From Klebsormidium nitens (lineage: Eukaryota; Plantae; Klebsormidiophyceae), in contig DF237096.1 of assembly GCA_000708835.1 (NCBI GenBank), forward strand, positions 62,001-126,000: DNA of 64,000 bases, read 5' to 3'. Below are positions 51,467 to 63,119 of this stretch, one piece after another. Numbering within the stretch: the stretch's first letter is position 1; each line of letters begins with the position of its first letter. The position numbers and the translations under genes were made by a program. The notes under the pieces are model-generated. The model was not told the origin of the DNA. It was given only the letters and a program-made list of their open reading frames with translations, and did no database searches.

Positions 51467-52360
51467 AGATAGTCAAGTTGGCGAGTTGCTTCCTTGAAGC
51501 TGTAAAGGACATGAATCTAAACCATCTCGCAAGACGAAGCTTCAACTGCACGCACTGTACCAAACGACGGAAGCTCAAAATATCACCGTTTTGAATTTCA
51601 AAATTAAAGCGATATATGCAACGAATCGGGGTTTTGGTATTGGCAACACACCAATTGAAGGATTTGCTTGAATTTTCTTCAATTAGGCTCAAATCATCGA
51701 TTCGATTATGTTCAACTTCATATCCGTATTGATTGCATCATGATAAGTCGGACTTCCAATATATCCGGACTGAGCTCTTGCTTAAGATCATCATGTGTGC
51801 AAATAGACAATCTCATGTTACAACTAGCTACTAATGAAAAAGCTAGATACGATCGAGGTTTTGTGATCCAGTTGACATGTACCGTATATACCAATTGGGG
51901 CGCCCGTACAGGCTAACTTTGGTTTTGCGTGGGCCTCGCGCTCTTAAGTCGCGAGTTTGACTCGAGCTGGCATGTGCGCTCGATCTGCGAAAATGCTCGC
52001 GCAGGCCATGCGCAGAATACAATTTGACTTTCGATCCGAATATCGAGAGCCTGCTGCCAACTTTGGCGAATATTTGCAGTGTGGACCGTCTGCATGAGTA
52101 GGAAGTTATACGATAAATGCATGCATGATCAAATATTGCAGGCTCGAGACGGTCTTAAATATCTCGGGCTTGAGTCCGACATCTGCCACATGCGAGCAGA
52201 CGTCCCACATGTAGCTCAGTGGCACCCAGCGTGACCGCAATGCAACAGCTCCTCTACTGTCATTCAGAAAACAATTTAGAGCTCGATCGATGAACGCCCG
52301 CTAACGGGCATTAGCCAGGCTGACTCATTCTTGATCAGAATACAGCAGCGTCACTAAGTA

Positions 52361-55036
52361 TCAAGTGACTGTCAATCCACGGTCACCATTGCTGCACGGC
52401 AAACAGTCACCTCGGCGTGAGTCCCCCGCCCGTGGCCCATCGTCATTTTGCATGAGGTTTATCCTGACTTTACTCGGGCCATTTGGCTGCGCTCCAGTCG
52501 TCTCCTTGGGTCGGGCTACTTCAGCATCCAGCATGAGGACCTCCCATCTGCCTGGCCCAACAAGGTTGTAGTACAACGTGCTGCCACCTGTTGCAAGGCA
52601 AACCGAATAGGTCGATCGACTGCTCTATGAGTATGTGCAATTAGAACATTTGAAAGCCTCGACAGAATCCAGTGAAGGGTAATATGTTAAGCTACGTTGC
52701 AAATCGTTGAACAATCCCAATCCTGGCCCTCAATCGCCAACCCCCACGACGAACTTCAGGAAGGCTCTCTCAATTCGAGAACCGCGGCCCAGGATTGTTT
52801 TCATTCTCAAACGACGATCCCATGGTCGTCTCGGTGCTTCAACGGGCGGGCTTGCACGGCTTTCGGACACCAGGCTTCCCGATCCAAAAGTGTGAGTCAC
52901 AGGTCAACGTATACCGAAGCAAGAAGGGACACTCCTCCAAGCTTGTAGCTCTCTTGCAGCTCAACTTGGATCAGAAAGCTACTTTTTCGTTCTTTCAGCT
53001 GCTTCTCTTGAGACGCAGAGAGTCAGCCAGATATGCGTGCTGAAAGCCTGAGGTTGTGTACAAGCGCGGTAAACCATAACGAATCTAAACGAGGAAGAAG
53101 CTGACTCTTACACGATCCGAGGGTACAGGTGAAAGGACACCGTTCAGAGGCTTCTGATTGCCAACGTCGCTCCACGTTGATAAAGCCGGAATGGTTCACG
53201 TTTACTCACAATGAGGGGTGTGATGTTAGCCTGGGGGTCCGCCTTGGTTCATGACGGCGGCAAGGCGAGTAAGGTTTTTAAAACGGTATTTCGACACAAA
53301 CATCGGTTGAAAGACGGAACCGGCAAAACGATTTTGGAAAGTAGGACAAGAGCGGAAAAAACTTGCCGTCGAAACGAATCGCTTTCAGCTGCAGCGTGGC
53401 GGTCCCCCTGGACCCCGAGATGGGAAAGCTGCACGAGGCGGAGTGCCCACTGTGGCCCCGCCCGAGGGATCCCTCGTACCACGGACCGCTCGCAATGTCG
53501 TCACCCAGGATCTGCTGCAGCCGGGCGTCGGCAGCGGCCACCTCCATAGCTTGGCTGCAAGCGAAGAAAGAGGCGTTCCAGAACAACTAAAACATGGGTT
53601 TCTATGGACGCACGGAGCCTTCACGAGACCAAGATTGATCAGCTGGAAACCTTCACACACTTTCATGCACTTTTCAAATTCAAGACGGGTCTGGGGCCCA
53701 GTCACGTCACACATTGTTATGAGGCGAGACCTGATTCTCAAGGGCTTGATAGGATGCACGGCCCTTGAAGACAAAGAGCGAAGAAGAGACGTCGAGATAG
53801 GGCATCAATAATCTGCTTGACTGAACTCTAAGCCTCCGGCAAGTGGGCCGACCAGATAGATGAAGAGAGGAAACTTGTTTCTGAGATCCGCCAATGTCTT
53901 TCAGCACCTTTCAAGAAGCTCATTCTCAATAGATCATTTACTTTGATCAGACATGGCCCAGCTGACCAGTCCCGCACTTGACGCTGTAGTTGTTGACGCA
54001 ACCACAGTTTTTGGATAGTGGCGATACTGCCTCGGAAAAGCGATGCATTTGAGCTTGGCCGCATGAAGTGGGCGTGAGCAAACAATACTCAGGAATTCAA
54101 AGAGCCAGTCAGCCTGCACTCTGTAACTGACCTTAAAAGGGAATTGACATGGAGGAATCGACAATCTGACATCATCGATGTTACAGCGGCAGGTTTACCT
54201 TCTACATTTGTTGAAGGTCAGCAAGTCATCGACAGCGTAAGATGCGGCAATCCCAGTCGCAGCAAAGAGCCCCACAGCCCCCGCTCGCCATGCCCATTGG
54301 TTCTTCTTAGAGGCATCATGTGAGACCTCGGTCTCAGGTCGTCCTGAGGTGGATTCCAATGATGCTGCAGTAGTGGCGCTGGTGCTGAACCTGATCAAAG
54401 GCAGGGCTATGATGGGGTCAGCATCCAGGTTTGGTGTGAGCCCAGGGCCCCTAAAGTTGGTTGGAAAGTTTCCTGAAGCGCGCAACCATCACTTCAATCA
54501 AGCTAAGAAGAGGACAGAACACAAATCTTAAACCTGTTCTTTATGAATGATTGGACGACACCTGAGCATGCTTGGACTTGTTCTTATGAACATGCTCCTC
54601 TCCTACCCCATGAGCATCACTAAGAGATCCAAAAGCAAGAGTATCATCGCTTCGAAGCTTCCACAACTTTGTGTCGGATGCACCACCTTACCATCAAGCA
54701 CTGTTCACATGATTGAGTAGGCAAGTTGGCAGCATTGCTACAGACGAATCATGCACCTGGCATCAAGCATGAGCCCCTGTGGCTGAATTGCAAAGATCAA
54801 TAGCAATCTACGCAATCATCATGACACATCCAACAGGAACTACTATGTGCACGCTCAATCGCAAAGAAGTGTAAGTCAATTGCAGCTCCCATATGCTGTC
54901 CTAACCTGGACAGAGAACTCTGATTTGTGGCACAGAGACCTCTACACAAAGCTGCAGGGTGCCCTGCTTTAGTTGCCACCGTTCCAGAGATCCACTCGGA
55001 TGCTGCCACTACAGATCTTCCGCCAGGGACTTTCAT
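52361..55036 (-). CDS. Coa1-domain (cytochrome c oxidase assembly / TIM21-like) mitochondrial protein; 5' exons uncertain
   Basis: Well-supported exons 54472-54199, 53554-53367 and 52587-52361 give a TM segment (AWRAGAVGLFAATGIAASYAVDD), then AMEVAAADARLQQILGDDIASGPWYEGSL...SCSFPISGSRGTATLQLKAIR and WEVLMLDA...VRINLM, as in plant Coa1-domain proteins. The first exon (ATG 55036, MKVPGGRS...) is tentative and needs an additional small exon to keep frame. Confidence 0.75.
53361..53366 (-). other. Non-canonical GC-AG intron donor (G|GCAAGT) in the Coa1-domain gene
   Basis: A phase-1 junction after ...AIRFD g joins in frame to gt GGC AGC... (GGSTLYYNLVGPGRWEVL). The donor matches consensus except T to C at +2. 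Confidence 0.75.
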
Positions 55037-55540
55037 AGCAGCCACAGAGAGCTCAGACGCTGCTTCATTTCTAACTTGGAAATGTCTGCGGAGATGTACG
55101 ATGAGCACAGCAGCTGGCTGCGTTTCAACCTGACGGCCACGTTGATCACGAACTTAGCACCAGTCGCTTCTGCTTCTTCCTTTGCTGAGCAGCACGTTCA
55201 GGCAGCGCTCTGCTCCTCTGCTGCCTTGTTCAAGTTGTCATGCCCCTCGATGCTTGTTGGGCCACGTTCAGTACTACAGCAGCTGATGTGAATTGGCGCT
55301 TCTGGAAGCAGCCATGCAGACACGTTCAAGAACTTTGACCCAGGCACGGAGTGTTTTCACACTTTAAACAGGTCGCGTGGACGTTTTTGGCCACAATCAG
55401 GGACGTCCAGATCATTGAATTTGTGGCGGGTTTCCTTGAAGTTGAAGACTTTCTCACGACAGAAGCAGAAGCCCAGGTCAAGCCCAGGTGGAGGGCGGTG
55501 CTTCAAAGCCGTTCACAGATACGCCTGAAAGCAGAGCGAG

Positions 55541-58500
55541 ATGGCCCTTGCGTCCGGAAGGATGCGTCTGCAGCCACTTCTTAGGCAAGGCGCCAGGCTC
55601 GCAGCAAGCCTGCAAACGAGCGGCAGAGGCGCTGCTGCTCTGGAAGGGGATGCTTTTTCAGCAGCATCGCTGGCAACTGAAAGGCCAGCGGCAGTGACCG
55701 CCACATGGGGACGCTCGCTTGGCACAGCCGCTGCTTTGGCTGATGGTAAGGCGTACTTAAAAGGAAAAGATATCAGTGATAGCCGTAACTACGGATTCTG
55801 CAGCTGCAGCTCGGGGCAAGAACACTAGCCACAGGTCTGATGCAAGAAGAGAGGATTTCAAGAGATTTGTGTGGCCCTGATTTGAGGGTGCCAGTCCTTT
55901 GAAGGGCCGAGTTAAGGGGGGTTTTGTCAATCTGATGTTCTTCCATGCTAGCAATCTACGCCGTTGGCAATATCCGCAATGCTGTGGATTGTTGGACCAG
56001 CTGCCAGTGAAGCAGGCGTGTCCTTGAGTCTTTGCTATCTTACTGGTGGCTTGGTGGTGCATGCCTAAAGTTTTCCTTGCACCATCAAGTCCAGCCTTGG
56101 TGCATCTTTCATGTTTCTAATCTGCAACCCTCGGGAGATGAAGAATGTAAATTCCAAGTTTTCTTTTATATCATCAAGTGGACTTTTCATGGTTATCATC
56201 AAGATCTCAACAAATAATGAAGAACATAGATTGTACGCTTAGTGTATTCATCTGGTGTAGACACCGAAAAAGCAGTGAAATTTGTGAATGCTGGAAAGCT
56301 CAGGCCCCAATGATCTGAGCATGTATAGATAACTCTTGGCAATAGGTTTAGTTGGTATGTTTTTGCAATCAGAGAGAAGAGTATTGCACCTCTTTAAGCA
56401 CCCGGTGTGCTTTGCGCGCAGCTTACAGGACTAATTCATTCGCACCACCTCTTAGCAGACAAGGTCATCGCATCGTGCATGACACCAGTTTCCAACGTTC
56501 CAAGAACTGTTTTTACTTTGCCTGGTTTTCTGTCTACCTCTGTTTGCCTGGTTTTCTGTCTACCTCTGTTTCGTTAAAGCGACCTACATATAACAAGTAA
56601 CTACAGAGTCGCTCATACTCTTCCTTACCCTTCTGTTTCATACAGACCGATCACACATCATAAGTAGTTCAAGAAACACCTTTTCATCAGCATCATAATG
56701 CCTTTCATATTTTGCAGAGGAGCCCCCTCCCGCTGCTCAGCCTCCTGCTGAGGACGAGGAAGAGGTTGGCATCAACCTAAAAGGCGTGCACATGCTGGGG
56801 AGGCCGCTCTATCTGGACATGCAGGCAACCACGCCGGTTGACCCCCGCGTGCTCGACGCCATGCTGCCATACTACTTAGATCAGGTGAGACTGGAGGTTT
56901 TCTTTGCCCGTTGATTGCTGAGGTGGTCCCTGTACTTCTCGACAGGAACCATGCAAGTGCCCCTGCGTTCGTTGGACCTTGAGTCCTCCTGTCGTGTGTG
57001 ATGCGATGAGGAAAATTGTCATCGCCTTGAAGGAACTCTCCAGAGGGAAAGCAGTTTAACTGATCAGTGGGGGCGATGGAGCGCGGGGGCGATGGACCGC
57101 GAAGATGTCGATGCTTGGATGCAAACGGATTAGAAATCTGAAGCCGATTGATATGTCTGCGCTGCGGTGCCGATTGTGTATCTATGAAAATGTGTTGTTG
57201 GCCACTTATGTCAACTTCACACCGTAAAGGATCATGATTCCATTGAGTAGAGGGCAGGAGTGACAGTTAGTGCCAATCTGAAAAGTTTCTAGACGTGCAT
57301 TTTGAGATCCCCCTCCTACTGGTCAGGGATGCTGATTGTTCTTTCCCTCCCCGCATGCAGTATGGCAACCCACACTCAAGGACGCACATGTATGGGTGGG
57401 AGAGTGAGAGCGCGGTGGAAAAGGCTAGACAGGTGAGGTCTTCTTGCGGTTCCCTTCTGCTAGAAATTGCTTCAGGCAGGCCTCATGTTTACTCTCGATG
57501 CTTTGTCTATGTTGATGCCAAAGCAAGCTGCTTGAAGTGAGGATTGTCGGATCAAAGTTGATCTCGTGTTGTGGCGATTCTGGGACCAGCTTCTCGTTTG
57601 ATGAATCAGAGTTGCTTCCGTCCAACTTTGGGCCCCTGTTGAGGGATCAGAGTCACTTCCGCCCGACTTTGGGCCCCTCTTCCATCGTGGACATCCTGTT
57701 CTCCGCCGGCTCAGTCACTTTCAATCTGTAGATGTTAATCCTCTCCTTAACCCGCTCTTCTTACCTTTCTACAGCAAGTGGCTGACCTGATTGGCGCCAG
57801 CCCCAAGGAGATTGTCTTCACCTCAGGCGCGACTGAGTCCAACAACATCGCGACCAAGGGCGTGGCCCACTTCTACAAGGGCAAGAAGCGCCACATCATC
57901 ACCACGCAGACGGACCACAAGTGCGTGCTCGACTCCTGCCGGTACCTTCAGCAGGAAGTGAGCACTTCTCAACTTACCTGACCTCAGGAGAAGTTTCCTG
58001 TTTGTTGATCTGTTATGGCAACGACTCAGGTTTAGGTTTCTATTTCTCCTGTGGAAGCCGTTGAATTTAGTCCTTTGTATGAGCGCTTACTTCTGCCGTC
58101 TTTTCCTGCTTTATCCGTGTCTAAGCAGGGGAAGGGGTCTTCTTGGGGCTGCGTCCCGTTACAGATCCTCCCGTGCTTTGAACGGATGCTGAAGCTTTCG
58201 CAACGAACTTTCCAGCAAAGCACGGCGGCTTGTTATTCTGCATTTTCCTGAAGCAGAGCATGCCGTAACCACGAGCAGAAAACTGTTCAAGCGCCTATCG
58301 GACGCCCCTTCACGACCTCGTTTTGTTTCCCTGCAGGGCTTCGACCTGACGTACCTTTCCATCAAGCAGGACGGTTGAATCGAACCCGAGCTCCTGAAGA
58401 ACAGCATCACTACACATTTCCAGACTCTTGATTAGTGTCTATCGAACGCCTGCTTACGACGCCGCTTCGTGCCTTTTGCAGGGCTTCGACGTGACGTACC

Positions 58501-61500
58501 TTCCCGTCAAGCAGGACGGGCTGATCGACCTAGAGCTTCTCAAAAACACCATCACCCCCGAGACGGTGCTCGTGTCGGTGATGGCGGTCAACAACGAGAT
58601 CGGGGTGGTGCAGCCGCTGGCAGAGATCGGGCAGATCTGCAGGGAAAGGAAGGTCTTTTTCCATACGGACGCAGCGCAGGTGAGGGGGTCTGAAAGTACA
58701 CAATTGCTGACAGCCATTCAGCAACTTCTCCTGAGCCTCTCAGCCCTACTAAGTCTGACCCCCGGCATCATGACGTTATTTGGAAGGTCAGAAATGTTAG
58801 GTTGATTACGCGCTGTCTGTCCTAGGTGAAACGGCTTTTTGGCGTTTCTCGCAGTGGAGACTCAAGTTTGGCTCTTGATTTGAGCGGCCGCTTTGTCGGC
58901 AGTGCGGAAGTCGGAGTACTTATGAATCGTCGAGGTGGCTGCTAAGATTGCCGGTGCGAAAATAGAAGCTAAAGCGGCTGTGTACACCACCGAACTCAAG
59001 GAAATGTAACGCAAGGAGTGCTGCTACGTGAGCGAATTTTGACTACCTCGTCGAGAAGCAAGTTTAGGTTTCTTCCAGTTGATGGTTTACGAGATTTGAG
59101 GAGACTCAATCTGATTCTTCGCCGTAAAGTAAGGTTTCCTGCCTTCCCTCCTGTTGTACGATCCTGAAGTCTACATTGTCCTCGTGTCTGATTAGAGCTC
59201 TACTGCGCCGACTTTCTTGGTTATCCAAACCTTGAAAGCCGGGACACAATAGGACCCATAGATTTGCTCTTTGCGCACGCCAGCACGTTCTTCCCGCCAC
59301 CTGATACTCACTCCCTACACATGCTCCTACGGATACCAACTTCGTCTGTTCTTGGCAGGCCGCAGGGAAGATTCCGGTAGACGTGGACACGCACATTTCC
59401 TCAAAACCTGCATGTCTTCTCCAGACGTCTAATACTCTTTGAACATTCAGATCCGCTAACCAACCTGTGTTTGGCAGGCCGCGGGGAAGATCCCGGTCGA
59501 CGTGGACGCTATGAAGATCGACCTCATGTCGCTGAGCGGCCACAAGCTGTACGGCCCCAAGGGCGTCGGCGCGCTCTACATCCGGCGCCGCCCGCGCGTG
59601 CGCATCGAGGCGCAGATGAGCGGGGGCGGCCAGGAGCGGGGCCTGCGCAGCGGCACCATTCCGACGCCGCTCGTCGTGGGCTTCGGGGCGGCGTGCAGTA
59701 TAGCACAGGAGGTGGGTCGCTTGGAATATGCTGAAGGTTGTTTTTGGGAACCTGCTGTTTTTAATGGCGCTTCCAAGGTCCTCACTGTGGCTTTGGCGCC
59801 CTATACAGGACAGCACTGGTGGTAGGCTGGTTGAGGTCCTGTTGCTTTAGTCATTGCTTCCCAGCAGCTCTCGAGTAGTGATTGCTTTCCCGCAGCTCTT
59901 GTGGCGTAGCCTCCGGGCGGCTCCCAAACTCATGCAGAAGCTGCGTTGCATGTTGTGTCGTTGGAACTAAGATTTGCGCCGTTGCTACTTTGCGTCCGCC
60001 GTGGACTCAAAGCCATTCCCGTGGACTGATATTCTGTTAAGTTGCGTCCCGAAACCGTTGTGAAATGCTTCTCACCGTTGACAGCAACGGTTCCTGCAGT
60101 GTCAAGCGATTGCTAGGCCTGCGACTCTGAGTATCTTGACCGCGTATACTGAACGAATTACAAGGAACTCGTTCGATGTGCTGCTTGATGCCCTGTACCC
60201 ACTGGTGTCAACCCCTTCCGCTTCGAAGCGCTCATCTGCTCTTGACACTGCAGGAGATGGCCCGTGACCGTGCCCACGTGGACCGGCTGTCGCAGCGGCT
60301 GCTGGACGGAATCCGGTCGAAGCTCGAGGGCGTCGTTCTGAACGGATCAGAGGAGCATCGCTACCCGGGCAACGTCAACCTGTCTTTTGCGTACGTAGAA
60401 GGTGAGCCGCGACCAGTTTTCAAGCTCTTTGCAGCTTGCAAGCATTTGGAGCGAAGTAATCTTAAGAGGGCACTCTCTGTTGGACTGGCTGGAGCGTAAT
60501 TCTTATAAGGGGGCACTTTGTTGGATTGCCTGAAGGGAAATCTGCTGGGGAGATTCCTTATCAGCAACTCTACTGCAGTCACGCATGCTGAAATGGAACA
60601 ACGGTGTGTTCGTGTTCCGATTGACCGAGTCAGTCGGGCTGAATACGAGTACTTACTGGGAGCTGCAAGTTTAACAATGTGTGCGAAGTTTGCGGAGTTG
60701 ATTGTTTCGAGTCACTTCCGACGAGCTTGTTAAGTGGAGGTGGTGTCCTAACTCCCGTTGGCCGACGTCGTCCGAATGTCGAGTGGGAGTCCAATCTGCC
60801 CGCCCTTGGTTCCTCGAAAAGTCCCCAGCGAGTAGAAGAGCATTATTAAGCGGCATCGATCATCGCACGAGAGGCTGCGCTTCTGCTCTTGTTTCTCGTC
60901 TTCGTTTTATTGTACAAGAGTACGTTGAGGGTATTGAGCCTTTATCGTCCTTTAGTCACTCAAATCAGAGGCTGTGCAAAGCACGATACGCCGGAAGTCT
61001 GCTCCGTCTCACAGTGCTGGGCGAGAAGCCCCGGATGCACTTTAAAGAACTGACTGGTTAGTTCAACGTATTCGAAGATTGTTTCGGCAGGGACAGCGTG
61101 GACCTGCAGATGAACTCCACTTTCGTCGTTTTTGTGTTCGTATGTCTACATGATTTTCGAAAGCTATCCGCTTCCATAACACTTTGTACTCATCGATCAT
61201 TTTCTTGACCAGGTGAGAGCCTGCTGTGTATGTATACGAAGGTTTCGTATATTGTCTGCTTTCTTCATACCCGTTTATCATATCTATCAGGTGAGAGCCT
61301 GCTGATGGGGCTCAAGGAAGTCGCCGTCTCCAGCGGGAGCGCGTGCACGAGCGCCAGCCTGGAGCCCAGCTACGTCCTCCGGGCGCTCGGGGTCGAAGAA
61401 GACATGGCGCACACGTCTATCCGATTCGGTGTCGGACGGTTCACGACCGAGGAGGAGATCGATCGTGCAGTCGAGCTGACGGTCGCGCAGGTGAACAAGC

Positions 61501-61577
61501 TGCGGGAGCTGAGCCCGCTCTGGGAGATGGTCCAGGAGGGGATAGACATAAAGAGCATCCAGTGGGCGCAGCACTAG
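55541..61577 (+). CDS. NFS1: Mitochondrial cysteine desulfurase NFS1/IscS (497 aa)
   Basis: Exons 55541-55745, 56718-56884, 57361-57432, 57775-57957, 58482-58679, 59478-59711, 60254-60401, 61291-61577 total 1494 nt. Motifs [26 protein letters not shown], the PLP-lysine motif [12 protein letters not shown] and the catalytic SSGSACTS. The N-terminus resembles a presequence. Confidence 0.97.
56517..56571. repeat. 26 bp tandem repeat x2 in NFS1 intron 1
   Basis: TTTGCCTGGTTTTCTGTCTACCTCTG repeated exactly. Confidence 0.9.
57605..57678. repeat. Imperfect direct repeat, 41 bp period, in NFS1 intron 3
   Basis: ATCAGAGTTGCTTCCGTCCAACTTTGGGCCCCT versus ATCAGAGTCACTTCCGCCCGACTTTGGGCCCCT. Confidence 0.8.
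58290..58560 (+). repeat. Decayed copy of the acceptor and first 75 nt of NFS1 exon 5
   Basis: TGCAG|GGCTTCGACCTGACGTACCTTTCCATCAAGCAGGACGG at 58337 versus the real TGCAG|GGCTTCGACGTGACGTACCTTCCCGTCAAGCAGGACGG at 58482 (period 145). The copy has an in-frame TGA. Confidence 0.9.
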
Positions 61578-62303
61578 GTGCGGCCGCGTCAGCGTAGGGC
61601 GGGGGAGTCAGGATGCGGTCTGTTCGGAGAGTCGATCAAAATGAACTCTTTGGCATTCCGATCATGGGGACAGACTAGACTCGTTCTTTGTGAACGCGAG
61701 GTGCAAGCGGAGTCCACGGGGGGCTATTGGGCGGGACATACGTTACCATCGCAGCCATTTCGTCTCTTTGAAACGACAGCTCCCATCAAAGGGCATGGGG
61801 TTTATTGCCATACGTTACCAGTAGGATCACTATTCTGCCAGACACATGGCTCTCGGTCTTTGTTGGAGGCGCGCATCATCGCCCTACTTTCGCACTGAGT
61901 AGTGCACAGTAGGATCATGATGCGTTGCCTTCCAAATCGCAAATCATTGTAGCGCTAAGCTATCAAAGAACGAGTTATTCTGGGGGTCGTTTCAGAGGCC
62001 ATTCAGCGACGGTTCAGTTCGTTTGAACCATACCGTTCAAGTTTGAATATCAAACGTTAGGTTGCCATTGAATGCACTCAAGTAATGCCGCGCCGGCAAG
62101 TCTCATGCATCAGAGGCCTTGATTGAGACGGTCTCGTAGTATGCAATCAAGCCTTTGAGCTTGTTGGAGCGGAGATGAACGAAAGCCATTTTCCAATGCG
62201 CAGTGAGCCATGGGCGGTCGCCTGGTCGTTTATTATCGTGTACTTCATGACCTGGCGTGCATGTGTGCTGACGGTTTTTAAAAACTCATTGAGTTCGTCT
62301 TGA

Positions 62304-62379
62304 TACTACCACTACCCGTGATGTGGGACGCTATGAATGCTTACTATCACTACCCGTGATGTGGGACGCTATGAATGCT
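62304..62379. repeat. 38 bp tandem repeat x2 (1 mismatch)
   Basis: TACTA(C/T)CACTACCCGTGATGTGGGACGCTATGAATGCT twice. Confidence 0.9.
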
Positions 62380-63119
62380 TCTTATTATGATACCATTGCA
62401 CAAGGCATGGGGCCGATAGGGCCGGCCCCCAAGAAATAAAGTTTGGCACCGATTGCATGTCTGTGTGTTCTTCTGACTCTGCAGCGGTATGGTGCAATAT
62501 CGACTGCAAGTAATGTTCGATAAACAACACCCCATAACTCCTAGAAGCACTAGATCATTCACTGAGTAGTAGTAGACTATAATGAAATATTTGGTGTGCT
62601 ACTGACCGTGCCAACCTTATATGCGACGGGCGACCACACTTTGAAACTCGAGACATTAGATGGCTGCTTGCGAGCTATTGCGAATATGGACTTAAAAATT
62701 GTGGTCTGCATTCTGGAGAGCAGAGCAGATGAGGCAATCTGCCGGCAATCCAAATGCAAGAGCTTACGCCTTGCTTACGCAGCTTCAAAGGCAGATGCTG
62801 TGTGGAACATCAGAACATGTTATAAGAAACACAATATGGAATGCCTTCCCTGTATGCAGAGCTGCCTTGCAGCCACTCAAGCAAGGTCGGATTGCGTTCG
62901 CTTGCTACAAGCCTTTTAATGCTGCCCATGCGCCATAGGCACTGGCCGTTGCTTCCACCCTTTTGGTGAATTCGAGTTACTTCCGGGGCCAAGCCTCTGA
63001 CTCGTGTACTGCAGGTCTGATTGGCGATCGCTTATTTGAACTCTGTGGCAATTATTCTAGACATGCGGAGCAGCGGATCCCAAGTCAGCAGCGCAGCGCC
63101 AGCAACAAAGTGGCAGCTC

